From positions 1,890,001 through 1,922,000 of the forward strand of contig NC_017448.1 in the NCBI RefSeq assembly GCF_000146505.1: DNA of 32,000 nt, written 5' to 3'. Below, piece after piece: positions 18,156-26,847 of the stretch (positions within the stretch are counted from its first letter, which is position 1; each line of letters begins with the position of its first letter). This DNA is from Fibrobacter succinogenes subsp. succinogenes S85. Lineage in GTDB: Bacteria > Fibrobacterota > Fibrobacteria > Fibrobacterales > Fibrobacteraceae. The translations under genes and the position numbers were made by a program. The notes under the pieces were generated by a model. It did not search any database. It was not told where the DNA came from and worked only from the letters and a program-made list of their open reading frames with translations.

Positions 18156-21100
18156 ATGGAAAATTTCAGTCTTAACAAATTCGACCCATCCCAAAGCCTC
18201 TTCATCGAAGCCTCGGCTGGCACGGGCAAGACATATACCATCCAGTTGATGGTTTCCAAGCTCATAAAGCTTGGCACACCGCTCAAAAAAATCCTGATTG
18301 TCACGTACACCGAAAAAGCGGCCGGAGAACTCAAAGACCGTATTCGTAAAAAAATAGACGAAGTCCTCATAAACCGAAAAATTGACAAAAGCGATGATTC
18401 CGAGGAGCCGCTCAGCGACGCAAAAATCGCGCTGTTCACGAAAGCCTACCAGGATGTCGACAATGCCGCCATTTTCACCATCCATTCCTTCTGCCAAAAG
18501 GCGCTCAAGGAATTCGCCTACGATGCAGGCCGTCCATTTAACATGTCCATGATAGACGACAAGGAAGTTAATGACCTCATTGAAAAGTTCATTCGTGACA
18601 ACTGGAGTGAAGACGAGGAATTCAAAGCATTGTTGGTCAATGCAGAAAAGACATCTTCTTTAATAAATAAGTTAAAGGACTTATTCACCAAAGCCATCAA
18701 CGTCTACAAAGGCAAGAATGACAATGGAGAAGAAATCATCAAGCTTGAATCCCCAAGCATAGAATGGGGCGAGGACTGCATCAGCAAAGAAGAGGCAGAA
18801 GCACTTTTAGAAAAAGATATTGTTGATTTTGAAAGTCTGAAAAAATTTAAAAAGTTCTATAGCAACGTCCAAATTCTTGAAAAGGACGAGAACAAGGACA
18901 AGATATACTATTCCGAAGAAATCTCAAGTGGTGAAAAAGCGATTTCCGATTTGCTCAACACCATTCATACTTGGGATTCATCCACCAAAAACCCATTCAC
19001 TCCAACAAAAATAGGGAAAAACATTACCGATGTTCCCAATGATGAATTTGGAAACGCTTTAAAGTACGTCCACGAAAGAATTTCAAAACTGAGCAAGATC
19101 AAAGAAGCGCTCCAGGAAGAGCTCGACTCCTACCCGCTGAAGAAATTCCTTTTTGACCACATACCCGAACTATTTGACGAATGGCAAAAATACAAGACCG
19201 ATATGAAAGCACAGTCGTTCAACGACATGATTCTCTCGGTCCATCAAGCCGTACTTGATAAAAGCAAGGGGGAATCCCCACTCAAGACAAGACTTCGCGC
19301 GCAATACACCTACGCCATTATTGATGAATTCCAAGACACGAACCAGCTGCAATGGGATATTTTCAGCGCCGTCTTTGACAAGATTTTTGTCGTGGGCGAC
19401 CCGAAACAGTCCATTTACAGTTTCCAGGGCGCCGATGTGAACGTCTACCAGAAGGCGATTCAAAAAATCAACAACGGCATGTCTTTAAAGACAAACTTCA
19501 GATCGACAAAAGGCATCATTGATGGATGCAATGATCTTTTCAACGACAGCTTTTTCAAGCCCTACGAAGGTTCACCCAAGCTCGTTGATTTTGAAAGTTC
19601 ACTCTCACCAGATAAAGAAGGCCAGGTCAAGGCGTTGCCACAAATCAACGGCAAAGAAGTCGCCCCAATTTGGATTAGCCAACAAAATATCGATGAAATT
19701 GATTTCGCCCAGGCCACCGTCCAAAAAATTGTAGAATGGTGTTCCTTTGTTGGCGACAAGACCGTTTTGCAGGTCTTTGACAAAAAAGACTGCACCAAGC
19801 TCAGGAACGTTTCCTTCAAGGATTTTGCAGTACTCGCAAGAACTCGAAGCGAAATGGATGAAATCGAGGACGCCATGCGCGCAGCCGGCGTTCCATTCAG
19901 CCGCTACAAGGACAGCAATCTTTTCAGCAGCCGAGAATGCACCGAATGGATTGCGCTATTCAAAGCCATTGACGCGCCCGACTTTTCGGCATGGAACAGA
20001 CGCCTCTTGAGCGAAGCCCTCATCACGGACTTCTTCAGAATTTCTTATCAAGAAATTGAATATGTCGAAAGCGAAGCGTTTGACGACCCCGAAAATCCAG
20101 TCCGTAAAAAAATCAATTCCTGGCATGAGCTCGTCCAAAAACGCCGCTACGCCGAAATGCTCGAACGTATTTACAGCGATACGCAAATCGAAGAACGACT
20201 GACAGAAATTTCCAAATTGCAGAACTTGGCAAAACTCCGCCAAATCGGCAACTACGCGGTTGAATATCTCTACAACCACAACTGTTCTATCGAAGATCTC
20301 GTACGCCACCTAGAAGCTCTTGCCAGCTACAACGCAGGCACCGATGACGAAGACGGCAACCTCATTGAAAAGAGTACCGACTATGATGCCGTACAAATCA
20401 TGACAATTCACGCTTCGAAAGGTCTTGAATTCCCGATTGTCATTTCCGTTGCTGGTTTCAAGCAAAAAATCAAAACCGATTCCGGTCCATTCCTCTATCA
20501 TGACAAAGACGAAATCCGGCTCGGTTTCGGAAGCATCGCCAAGAAACGTCGCGCTCAAGAAGAACTCGAAGAATGGAAACGACTCTTCTACGTTGACTTC
20601 ACACGTGCATCGTCCATCTTGATTCTGCCACGATACGAAAAGTGGTACGGCAAAGACAATGTCAAGGAAGAATTCAAGTTCCTAGAAAGTTCCATAAACG
20701 AGCTCATCAAAGCTGACGAAAAACGCGATTCCGATAAAAAGCTGACGACCGTCTTGCCCAAGCTTGAAAAATGGGAACCGAAAAAACTCAGTGATGACGT
20801 CAAGACAAAAATTCTCAAGCCGCTCAACGAAAAATCTGGAGCAGGCGCGGTTTTGACGAGCGAAGAAATCGCTCAAAACATAGCCCAGCAAAAAATCAAC
20901 ATGGCAAGCTTGCAGAAAAAACTCGCAGGTGCAAGCATCATGCAGCATTCATACAGTACGCTTTCTGGAAAGGCGGATTCGCAAATTGAATCCGATGACG
21001 GCAATAGACCCGACCGAGACGATGAAGAAAAAACGGCAGCAAAAACATCCACCGTCAAAATTCGTGACATCGACACGGAAGCAAAAAACTGTACGACAGC

Positions 21101-21956
21101 ATTCAACCCAAAGCTCAATTACCAGACGAACTTGAACGAAACTGCGAAAAAATTCCCGCGTGGTTCGCACGCCGGTAACGCGCTCCACCGCATTTTCGAA
21201 AACACCAAGTTCAAGCAGTTCGGCGAAGAAAACTCAACTTTTGAACAGGCTCTCGCCAACCCAAAGACGATCAACCTCATCGAAGAAGAGTTCAAGCGCG
21301 AATCGCTCCCCATCTGGAATCATCGCGAAGCTTGGCTTGACATCGCCACGCACTACACCTGGAACACGCTAAACGCAAGGTTGCCGGAAATCGCAGGCAG
21401 CACGACGACATCGGAGACATTCGCACTTACCGACATTCCCGAAAATGACCACATGCCAGAAGTACAGTTCAACCAGGACGCCTCCGAAGAGACCGACGAA
21501 AATCAAGCAATCTCTGAAACTAGCGCAAGCGACATCCTCAGGCGTTTCTGCAAGGGCTTCATAGACTTGCTATTCGTCCGCACCGTAAACAGTCAAAAGT
21601 ACTACTCCATTCTCGACTGGAAATCGGACATGCTCGAAAACAACGTCTACACGCCCGAAGCGCTCAAAGAAAAAGTCGATAACGACTACTCCATCCAGCG
21701 CGTCCTTTACAGCTACTGCCTGATTCAATGGCTCAAGCAGTTCTACGGCAAAGGCACCACCGAGAATTTGAGCGAAGCTGAAATTTTTGAAAAACACTTT
21801 GGCGGCATCTATTACGCGTTCATCCGCGGCACCGAAGGTGGCACCCCCAAGGGCATTTACGCACAAACTTGGAACAGCTTCGGCGAACTTGAAAAGGCCT
21901 ACCAAAAAGTTAAAGATCTCATGAGCAAGCCCTCCATCGTTAAGGAGGAAAAATAA
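18156..21956 (+). CDS. recB: Exodeoxyribonuclease V beta subunit RecB (UvrD-type helicase plus C-terminal PD-(D/E)xK nuclease, 1266 aa)
   Basis: Walker A is LFIEASAGTGKTYTIQ and Walker B is YAIIDEFQDTNQLQW. Further helicase motifs are GDPKQSIYSFQGAD and MTIHASKGLEFPIV. The C-terminal nuclease motifs are GFIDLLFVR...YYSILDWKSD...YSIQRVLY. Confidence 0.95.
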   Translation: MENFSLNKFDPSQSLFIEASAGTGKTYTIQLMVSKLIKLGTPLKKILIVTYTEKAAGELKDRIRKKIDEVLINRKIDKSDDSEEPLSDAKIALFTKAYQDVDNAAIFTIHSFCQKALKEFAYDAGRPFNMSMIDDKEVNDLIEKFIRDNWSEDEEFKALLVNAEKTSSLINKLKDLFTKAINVYKGKNDNGEEIIKLESPSIEWGEDCISKEEAEALLEKDIVDFESLKKFKKFYSNVQILEKDENKDKIYYSEEISSGEKAISDLLNTIHTWDSSTKNPFTPTKIGKNITDVPNDEFGNALKYVHERISKLSKIKEALQEELDSYPLKKFLFDHIPELFDEWQKYKTDMKAQSFNDMILSVHQAVLDKSKGESPLKTRLRAQYTYAIIDEFQDTNQLQWDIFSAVFDKIFVVGDPKQSIYSFQGADVNVYQKAIQKINNGMSLKTNFRSTKGIIDGCNDLFNDSFFKPYEGSPKLVDFESSLSPDKEGQVKALPQINGKEVAPIWISQQNIDEIDFAQATVQKIVEWCSFVGDKTVLQVFDKKDCTKLRNVSFKDFAVLARTRSEMDEIEDAMRAAGVPFSRYKDSNLFSSRECTEWIALFKAIDAPDFSAWNRRLLSEALITDFFRISYQEIEYVESEAFDDPENPVRKKINSWHELVQKRRYAEMLERIYSDTQIEERLTEISKLQNLAKLRQIGNYAVEYLYNHNCSIEDLVRHLEALASYNAGTDDEDGNLIEKSTDYDAVQIMTIHASKGLEFPIVISVAGFKQKIKTDSGPFLYHDKDEIRLGFGSIAKKRRAQEELEEWKRLFYVDFTRASSILILPRYEKWYGKDNVKEEFKFLESSINELIKADEKRDSDKKLTTVLPKLEKWEPKKLSDDVKTKILKPLNEKSGAGAVLTSEEIAQNIAQQKINMASLQKKLAGASIMQHSYSTLSGKADSQIESDDGNRPDRDDEEKTAAKTSTVKIRDIDTEAKNCTTAFNPKLNYQTNLNETAKKFPRGSHAGNALHRIFENTKFKQFGEENSTFEQALANPKTINLIEEEFKRESLPIWNHREAWLDIATHYTWNTLNARLPEIAGSTTTSETFALTDIPENDHMPEVQFNQDASEETDENQAISETSASDILRRFCKGFIDLLFVRTVNSQKYYSILDWKSDMLENNVYTPEALKEKVDNDYSIQRVLYSYCLIQWLKQFYGKGTTENLSEAEIFEKHFGGIYYAFIRGTEGGTPKGIYAQTWNSFGELEKAYQKVKDLMSKPSIVKEEK

Positions 21957-21957
21957 T

Positions 21958-24078
21958 ATGGAAAACAAAATACTCGCTATAGAATCAATTGACGATTTCA
22001 TTGAAGACCTCATTGAAATGCGCGGGCTCGTTCCGCTTGACAAGCACTTGCTCCACCTGCTTTTTGAAATCAAGAGCGACATTCCACTCCATACACGAAA
22101 ATTCCTGACGCTCTGTATGTCGCTCCTTGACGACGGCAACACACGCGTTCCGCTAGACGCAGCGCAGTTCACGGACATGTGGACCCGCAAATGGAACGGC
22201 CTCGTGATGCTCCGCGTCAGCACTGCCGAAGAAGATATTGACGAAAACGCCTTTGCAACCGCAGACGATTTTGCAAGCATCATCAGCGAAGGCATTCAAG
22301 ACATCTTGACTAACGACTTTTCCGCCATCATGGAAAGCCGCGAGACCGACACAGAATCCGCCGAAGACTCCTTGAGCAAGCCGTTCATTCTCGCCAAGCG
22401 CCCGAACGGAACACACCTCTATTTCACTAAGCACTTTGACGCCAAATGCGTGATTGAAAAAGCGGCGAATATTTTGTTCAAAAACGGTCGCAAGCCAAGC
22501 AAAGACGAAATTGCGCAGTGTACTGAAAAAGTAGCCAATATGTGCAAGCTTAAAGACGGCAAAAAGTTCATCATCAAGGAACGCCAAGCCGAAGCCATCA
22601 TCCGCGGACAAACAGAAAACCTCGTCGTTACAGGTGGCCCGGGTACCGGCAAGACAACCGTCGTTCTCTACATTCTGTGGAACCTGCTCGCAAGCCATAG
22701 CGAAATGCTTGACTGGAACATCTATCTTGCAGCTCCGAGCGGCAAGGCAGCCGACCGCATGCGCGAAAGCCTTGTCGGTGGTCTCTCAAATATTCTTGAC
22801 GAACAAAAGACCGGCGATAACGAGCGTATTTTCCGCAAGCTGAACGAACTCGAAAGCAGCACCATCCACCGTCTGCTCCGATTCTCTAGAAGCAAAGGTT
22901 GCTTCACTTTCAACCGCAAAGAACAATTCCCAAAGAATTCAATCTTCGTCATTGACGAAGCGAGCATGATTGACATCGAAATGTTCGCGGCCCTCCTTGA
23001 AGCCATTCCCGAAGGCGCACGCATATTCATCCTCGGTGATTCATTCCAGCTCCCTTCTGTTGATTCCGGCGCCGTCCTCGGCGAAATCTTGAAAGTGCAA
23101 TCCGGCAAGAATTTTTCCGTCAAGCTCAACGAATCCAACCGCTTTGACGACCGTTCAAACATCGGTAAACTCGCTGCAGAAATCAAGGAAGTTGCCGAAT
23201 GCAATGACAGCAACAAGTTCGTCCCTCACAAATTTACCATTACCGGCGAAGAACCCGTTTCCGAAAATGAAAACACTTCGTTCCCAGAATTCAAGGATAA
23301 AGTTCTTTACAAATGTCTTGAAACAGACGACAAGCCGCTTACAAAAAAAGAAGAGGAAAAGCTCATCGAATCGTTCATTGGCAAATGGTCTGAAGAATTC
23401 GCTAAGCTCCCCGAACTCGCCGAGCAAATCAACCCGCAACGCACCGGCATTGAAGCAGATGACCCCGATAAAATTGAAACAAAACGTCGCAATGACATTT
23501 GGCGACTTTCGTTGACAAAACGAATCCTCTGCGCCGAACGTCGTGGCCTCCGAGGCATTGAAAACATCAATAAAAAAGTTTGTTCTAAAATCAAGAGCCT
23601 CTGGCGCACCAAAAAGAAAAAAGAAGGCAAAACAGTCCAATGGGACGACTCCGGTTACTTCCCCGGACAGCTCCTGATTATCACCAAGAACCAGGAAATG
23701 TTCAAACTCTACAACGGCGACACGGGAATCGTCGTCTTTGACGGCAACACCCCCTGCCTCATGCTCAAAAAAGCGGCTCCGCATAGAAAGGATCTCCAAA
23801 AGACCCGCGACGACTATGTATTCTACCCCCTCTCGGTCCTCCCCGAAGATTCCATCTCAACAGCGTTTGCCATCACCATACACAAGTCACAAGGCTCCGA
23901 GTACAATCACGTGACCATGTTCCTGCCGACCAAAATCGGCCACCCCCTCCTCACCAACCAAATCATCTACACAGGCATCACCCGTGCCATGGAGAGCGTC
24001 ACCATCATAGCAAACGATGACACATTCAGAGCCGCCGTCACCACCGTCAGCGAGCGCGATACGGGAATTTCGCTATAG
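21958..24078 (+). CDS. recD: Exodeoxyribonuclease V alpha subunit RecD (706 aa)
   Basis: An AGGAGG RBS sits inside the recB 3' end, and the start codon is 1 nt after the recB stop. Motifs present: LVVTGGPGTGKTTVV, IFVIDEASMID, FILGDSFQLPSVDSGAVLGE, AFAITIHKSQGSEYNHV, IYTGITRA. Confidence 0.95.
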   Translation: MENKILAIESIDDFIEDLIEMRGLVPLDKHLLHLLFEIKSDIPLHTRKFLTLCMSLLDDGNTRVPLDAAQFTDMWTRKWNGLVMLRVSTAEEDIDENAFATADDFASIISEGIQDILTNDFSAIMESRETDTESAEDSLSKPFILAKRPNGTHLYFTKHFDAKCVIEKAANILFKNGRKPSKDEIAQCTEKVANMCKLKDGKKFIIKERQAEAIIRGQTENLVVTGGPGTGKTTVVLYILWNLLASHSEMLDWNIYLAAPSGKAADRMRESLVGGLSNILDEQKTGDNERIFRKLNELESSTIHRLLRFSRSKGCFTFNRKEQFPKNSIFVIDEASMIDIEMFAALLEAIPEGARIFILGDSFQLPSVDSGAVLGEILKVQSGKNFSVKLNESNRFDDRSNIGKLAAEIKEVAECNDSNKFVPHKFTITGEEPVSENENTSFPEFKDKVLYKCLETDDKPLTKKEEEKLIESFIGKWSEEFAKLPELAEQINPQRTGIEADDPDKIETKRRNDIWRLSLTKRILCAERRGLRGIENINKKVCSKIKSLWRTKKKKEGKTVQWDDSGYFPGQLLIITKNQEMFKLYNGDTGIVVFDGNTPCLMLKKAAPHRKDLQKTRDDYVFYPLSVLPEDSISTAFAITIHKSQGSEYNHVTMFLPTKIGHPLLTNQIIYTGITRAMESVTIIANDDTFRAAVTTVSERDTGISL

Positions 24079-24149
24079 TTTTACAATTCCTTGTACCCGC
24101 GCCCCCATTTCTGTGTATATTTAAGTAAGAAAAAAATAAAGGAAGAAAA

Positions 24150-24854
24150 ATGGCAACAATCAAAGAACTCAAAGCAAATGGCGCCCCGCGTTTCAAAGTC
24201 CCGGGCAAAGAAGAAATCTACGACGCATTCGACCAGTTCCTCGCAGAGAACTTCCTCGGTGAAACCGTCGAAGCCATCCCCGCAGCACCGGCCAACGGCG
24301 AATTCGCTCCGCAGGCAGTCGCCCTCTACGCCATCGCCAACACCGGCAAAGGCAACGCAGGTCTCTGGAAAGCAGGCACCGGTACGTCCTCCAAGAACTG
24401 GGACCTCAGCTTTTTGCAGGGCATCCTGAACCAGTTCTCCACCCTCCCGGCAGCCACCCGCGGCAAGACCGTTTCCGAAATCAAGGAACAGCTCGAAGAC
24501 TTCGCCTCCAAGAAGTTTGCAAAGAACCCCGCAAACGCCCGTAACGGACTTTTGCACCTCTGCAACCCGAACATCTATACCCCGATCTATTCTTTTGCAG
24601 ACAAACTCGCCATCTGCAAGGAACAGTCCCGCCTGCTTGAAGACTTCAAGCTTTCCAAGCGCTGGGACAGCGGCCTCTTGAAGCTCAAGGTATTCCGCAA
24701 GGACGGTTACGTCGCCATCCAAACCGACGAACAGCTCTGCTGGATTTTTGACAAACTCTCGACCATGCACAAAATCGAAGACGAAGAATTCGAAGTCTTC
24801 ATGAAGAACTACTTCACCGCTCCGAAAAAGAGCACCGCAAAGAAGAAGCAGTAA
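24150..24854 (+). CDS. Hypothetical 234-aa protein with a lysine-rich C-terminal tail; no family recognised
   Basis: The RBS is AAAGGAAG. GC-rich third positions match the surrounding core genes. The product runs MATIKELKANGAPRFKV...TAPKKSTAKKKQ. A strong terminator follows directly. The overlapping minus ORF 24081..24770 has G/V/F/E-rich antisense-type composition. Confidence 0.8.
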   Translation: MATIKELKANGAPRFKVPGKEEIYDAFDQFLAENFLGETVEAIPAAPANGEFAPQAVALYAIANTGKGNAGLWKAGTGTSSKNWDLSFLQGILNQFSTLPAATRGKTVSEIKEQLEDFASKKFAKNPANARNGLLHLCNPNIYTPIYSFADKLAICKEQSRLLEDFKLSKRWDSGLLKLKVFRKDGYVAIQTDEQLCWIFDKLSTMHKIEDEEFEVFMKNYFTAPKKSTAKKKQ

Positions 24855-24873
24855 TTAAATTTTCATACAGCAC

Positions 24874-24903
24874 ATCGCCCGCAATTACGCGGGCGATTTT
24901 TTG
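24874..24903 (+). terminator. Rho-independent terminator closing the recCBD/orf234 transcription unit
   Basis: A perfect 9-bp GC-rich stem ATCGCCCGC / GCGGGCGAT (24874-24882 and 24889-24897) encloses a 6-nt loop. It is followed by TTTTTT. Confidence 0.8.
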
Positions 24904-25095
24904 TATCGTTAAGCGATAACATTATTATTTTTTCACTACTATACATAAATAGACCTTATGTTTTTTCGCCTTTTTCATTGGTATATAGTGATTTAATTGA
25001 ATTTTTTCAACATCATATTTCAGCCTTATTATTTAAATAAAGTATATTAATTCTAAAAAAGCTTCATTTCTACTATTTTCAGTATTTTAAAACAT

Positions 25096-26784
25096 ATGTC
25101 CTCAAATGATAAGAAATCAAATCCTTATCTCATTTACGCTCTTGACATCAACGGAAAACCAGTACACATCGATAGCGTACCGAATGGTTTTTCCTGCAAT
25201 TGCAAATGTCCTCATTGCAGTGGTAAACTACAAGCTAAAAACGGAGGTACAGAAAGAGCCCATCATTTCGCTCATAATGATGGAGCCGATTGTAAAGGAG
25301 CGGTTGAATCAGCAATACATTGCTTGGCAAAAGAGATTTTAAAGGAATCTTTATGTGTTATGCTACCCAAGAATGCGGGTGAATTACAATTCAACAAAGT
25401 CGAAACAGAAAAGAACTTCCCTGAATTGAAGTTAAGACCTGATTGCGTTGGATATTATGGAGAAAAAACACTTTGGATTGAATTTAAACGAACTCATGAG
25501 GTTGACGTCCACAAAGCCGGCAAGATTATTTCCGCTCGCATAAATTGTATTGAAATAGATTTAAACAGTTGCGGTCAAGATAAAGAAAAATTGCGAGAAT
25601 TTATCACACAAAGTTTTGAAAATCGAAAATGGATATATAGCAGGGAACACGGAGTGGGTTCATCGGAACATACCGTTTCTAATCGTAATTCTTCCCCAAA
25701 GGTTGATTCTGAGTTAGGATTAGTAAAATTAGACCGTCATTTTGCCATAGATGATAAGGGGAAATTAATTGATTTTAGAGAGCCCTCAGAATTTGACGCA
25801 AACAAGCACTCCTATTATTGTCCATGCTGCGGAAAAGAAGTTGTGTTGAAAGTTGACGATAACGGCAGCTACACATTTGATCATATAGAAGAAACAAACA
25901 TTTGCAAAGATGAAATGTATTTAAGAAGTGCTGCTGTATCAGCCATCCAAAAGGCTTTTGAAAACTCAAAGAGTTTTATAATTCACCTTCCTCAATATCG
26001 TTCTTGCAAAAATGATAACAAATGTCCATATTATCAAGAGTGTCAAATCCCTACAACACAGCAATATGATTTAAAATCACATCATTTTGATAAATATACA
26101 AAGGATTACAAATTTAACGATGTTGCATACAGTACAGACTTAGTCCTATACAGAGAAAACATACAGAAGAACTCCATTGAAGTTCGTGTTAATACGGAAA
26201 ATTTAGAATATGGACAGAATTCTCCACGTCGCACAATTGATATCACGATATACAATGAGAACGATGTACATCAATTAAAAAAAGGATTATCCGATTACAA
26301 GAATGTTCATTTCACGAACTTCGCTCCTTACGCAGAAAAAAAAGCGGAACCCACAGAAATCAACCATAACATTTGGAAATTCATTATTTACACAAGTGGA
26401 AAAATCTATATAGGTCCTGCCAGATGTACAGAATTATCAAATTCATTTAATAATTCAAACACAATAAAAGAAGGAGCATTCATAAGAACAAACAACATTA
26501 AAGAAGATATGTACATTTTTCTTCTATTGTACTACAAAAAACTGCAAAAAGATATTTGTCGCTGTCAATTATGTTGGTCTCTAAAAAAAACAAACGGCAT
26601 TAATAACAATTACATTTGCACACGATACAAAACAAAAGGAACGCCCAAACATCCGCTGCAAGAAAAGAATCCTCCTAAAGAATGCCCTTATTTCAAAGCG
26701 GATTTCAACATTTTAAAGCGAGAAAAAGAATTGATAGAAAAAATGAAAATAGTGGAGTTTCAAAACATTCCGCAAAATAAATAA
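25096..26784 (+). CDS. 562-aa protein with two tandem zinc-ribbon plus CoiA-like PD-(D/E)xK nuclease modules and a Cys-rich C-terminal region
   Basis: Module 1 (aa ~30-156) reads C34xC36xC38PHC41...AHHFAH(55-60)...C66...ES(71-72)..H75..AKEIL...RPD116...WIE129FK131...CIEIDL. This matches the CoiA-family pattern (CPxC...HFAH...C...ES.EH...PD...E.Q/K). Module 2 (aa ~240-366) reads YYC242PC244C245GKEV...YTFDH(260-263)...C270...IHLP...STD348LVLY...IE362VR364. The tail carries C488xC490xxC493...C508...C530. The gene is very AT-rich compared with its flanks. Confidence 0.85.
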   Translation: MSSNDKKSNPYLIYALDINGKPVHIDSVPNGFSCNCKCPHCSGKLQAKNGGTERAHHFAHNDGADCKGAVESAIHCLAKEILKESLCVMLPKNAGELQFNKVETEKNFPELKLRPDCVGYYGEKTLWIEFKRTHEVDVHKAGKIISARINCIEIDLNSCGQDKEKLREFITQSFENRKWIYSREHGVGSSEHTVSNRNSSPKVDSELGLVKLDRHFAIDDKGKLIDFREPSEFDANKHSYYCPCCGKEVVLKVDDNGSYTFDHIEETNICKDEMYLRSAAVSAIQKAFENSKSFIIHLPQYRSCKNDNKCPYYQECQIPTTQQYDLKSHHFDKYTKDYKFNDVAYSTDLVLYRENIQKNSIEVRVNTENLEYGQNSPRRTIDITIYNENDVHQLKKGLSDYKNVHFTNFAPYAEKKAEPTEINHNIWKFIIYTSGKIYIGPARCTELSNSFNNSNTIKEGAFIRTNNIKEDMYIFLLLYYKKLQKDICRCQLCWSLKKTNGINNNYICTRYKTKGTPKHPLQEKNPPKECPYFKADFNILKREKELIEKMKIVEFQNIPQNK

Positions 26785-26847
26785 GAGCATCCCCTATTGC
26801 ACTCGCCATTCCAATAATCTATTTTAAAGCCAAAAGGAATACGCCAA

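Noticed and set aside
15178-23799. Minus-strand ORFs of 180-250 aa inside recC, recB and recD (15178..15930, 17865..18497, 21570..22295, 22153..22698, 23155..23799)
   Set aside because: All lie antisense to genes with clear helicase or nuclease motifs. One spans the recC/recB junction. Their products are F/V/G/A-rich shadow-type sequences.
24081-24770. Minus ORF of 229 aa overlapping the 234-aa plus gene
   Set aside because: The plus frame has an RBS, host-like third-position bias and a terminator directly downstream. The minus product is G/V/E/F/C-rich, which is typical of a shadow ORF.
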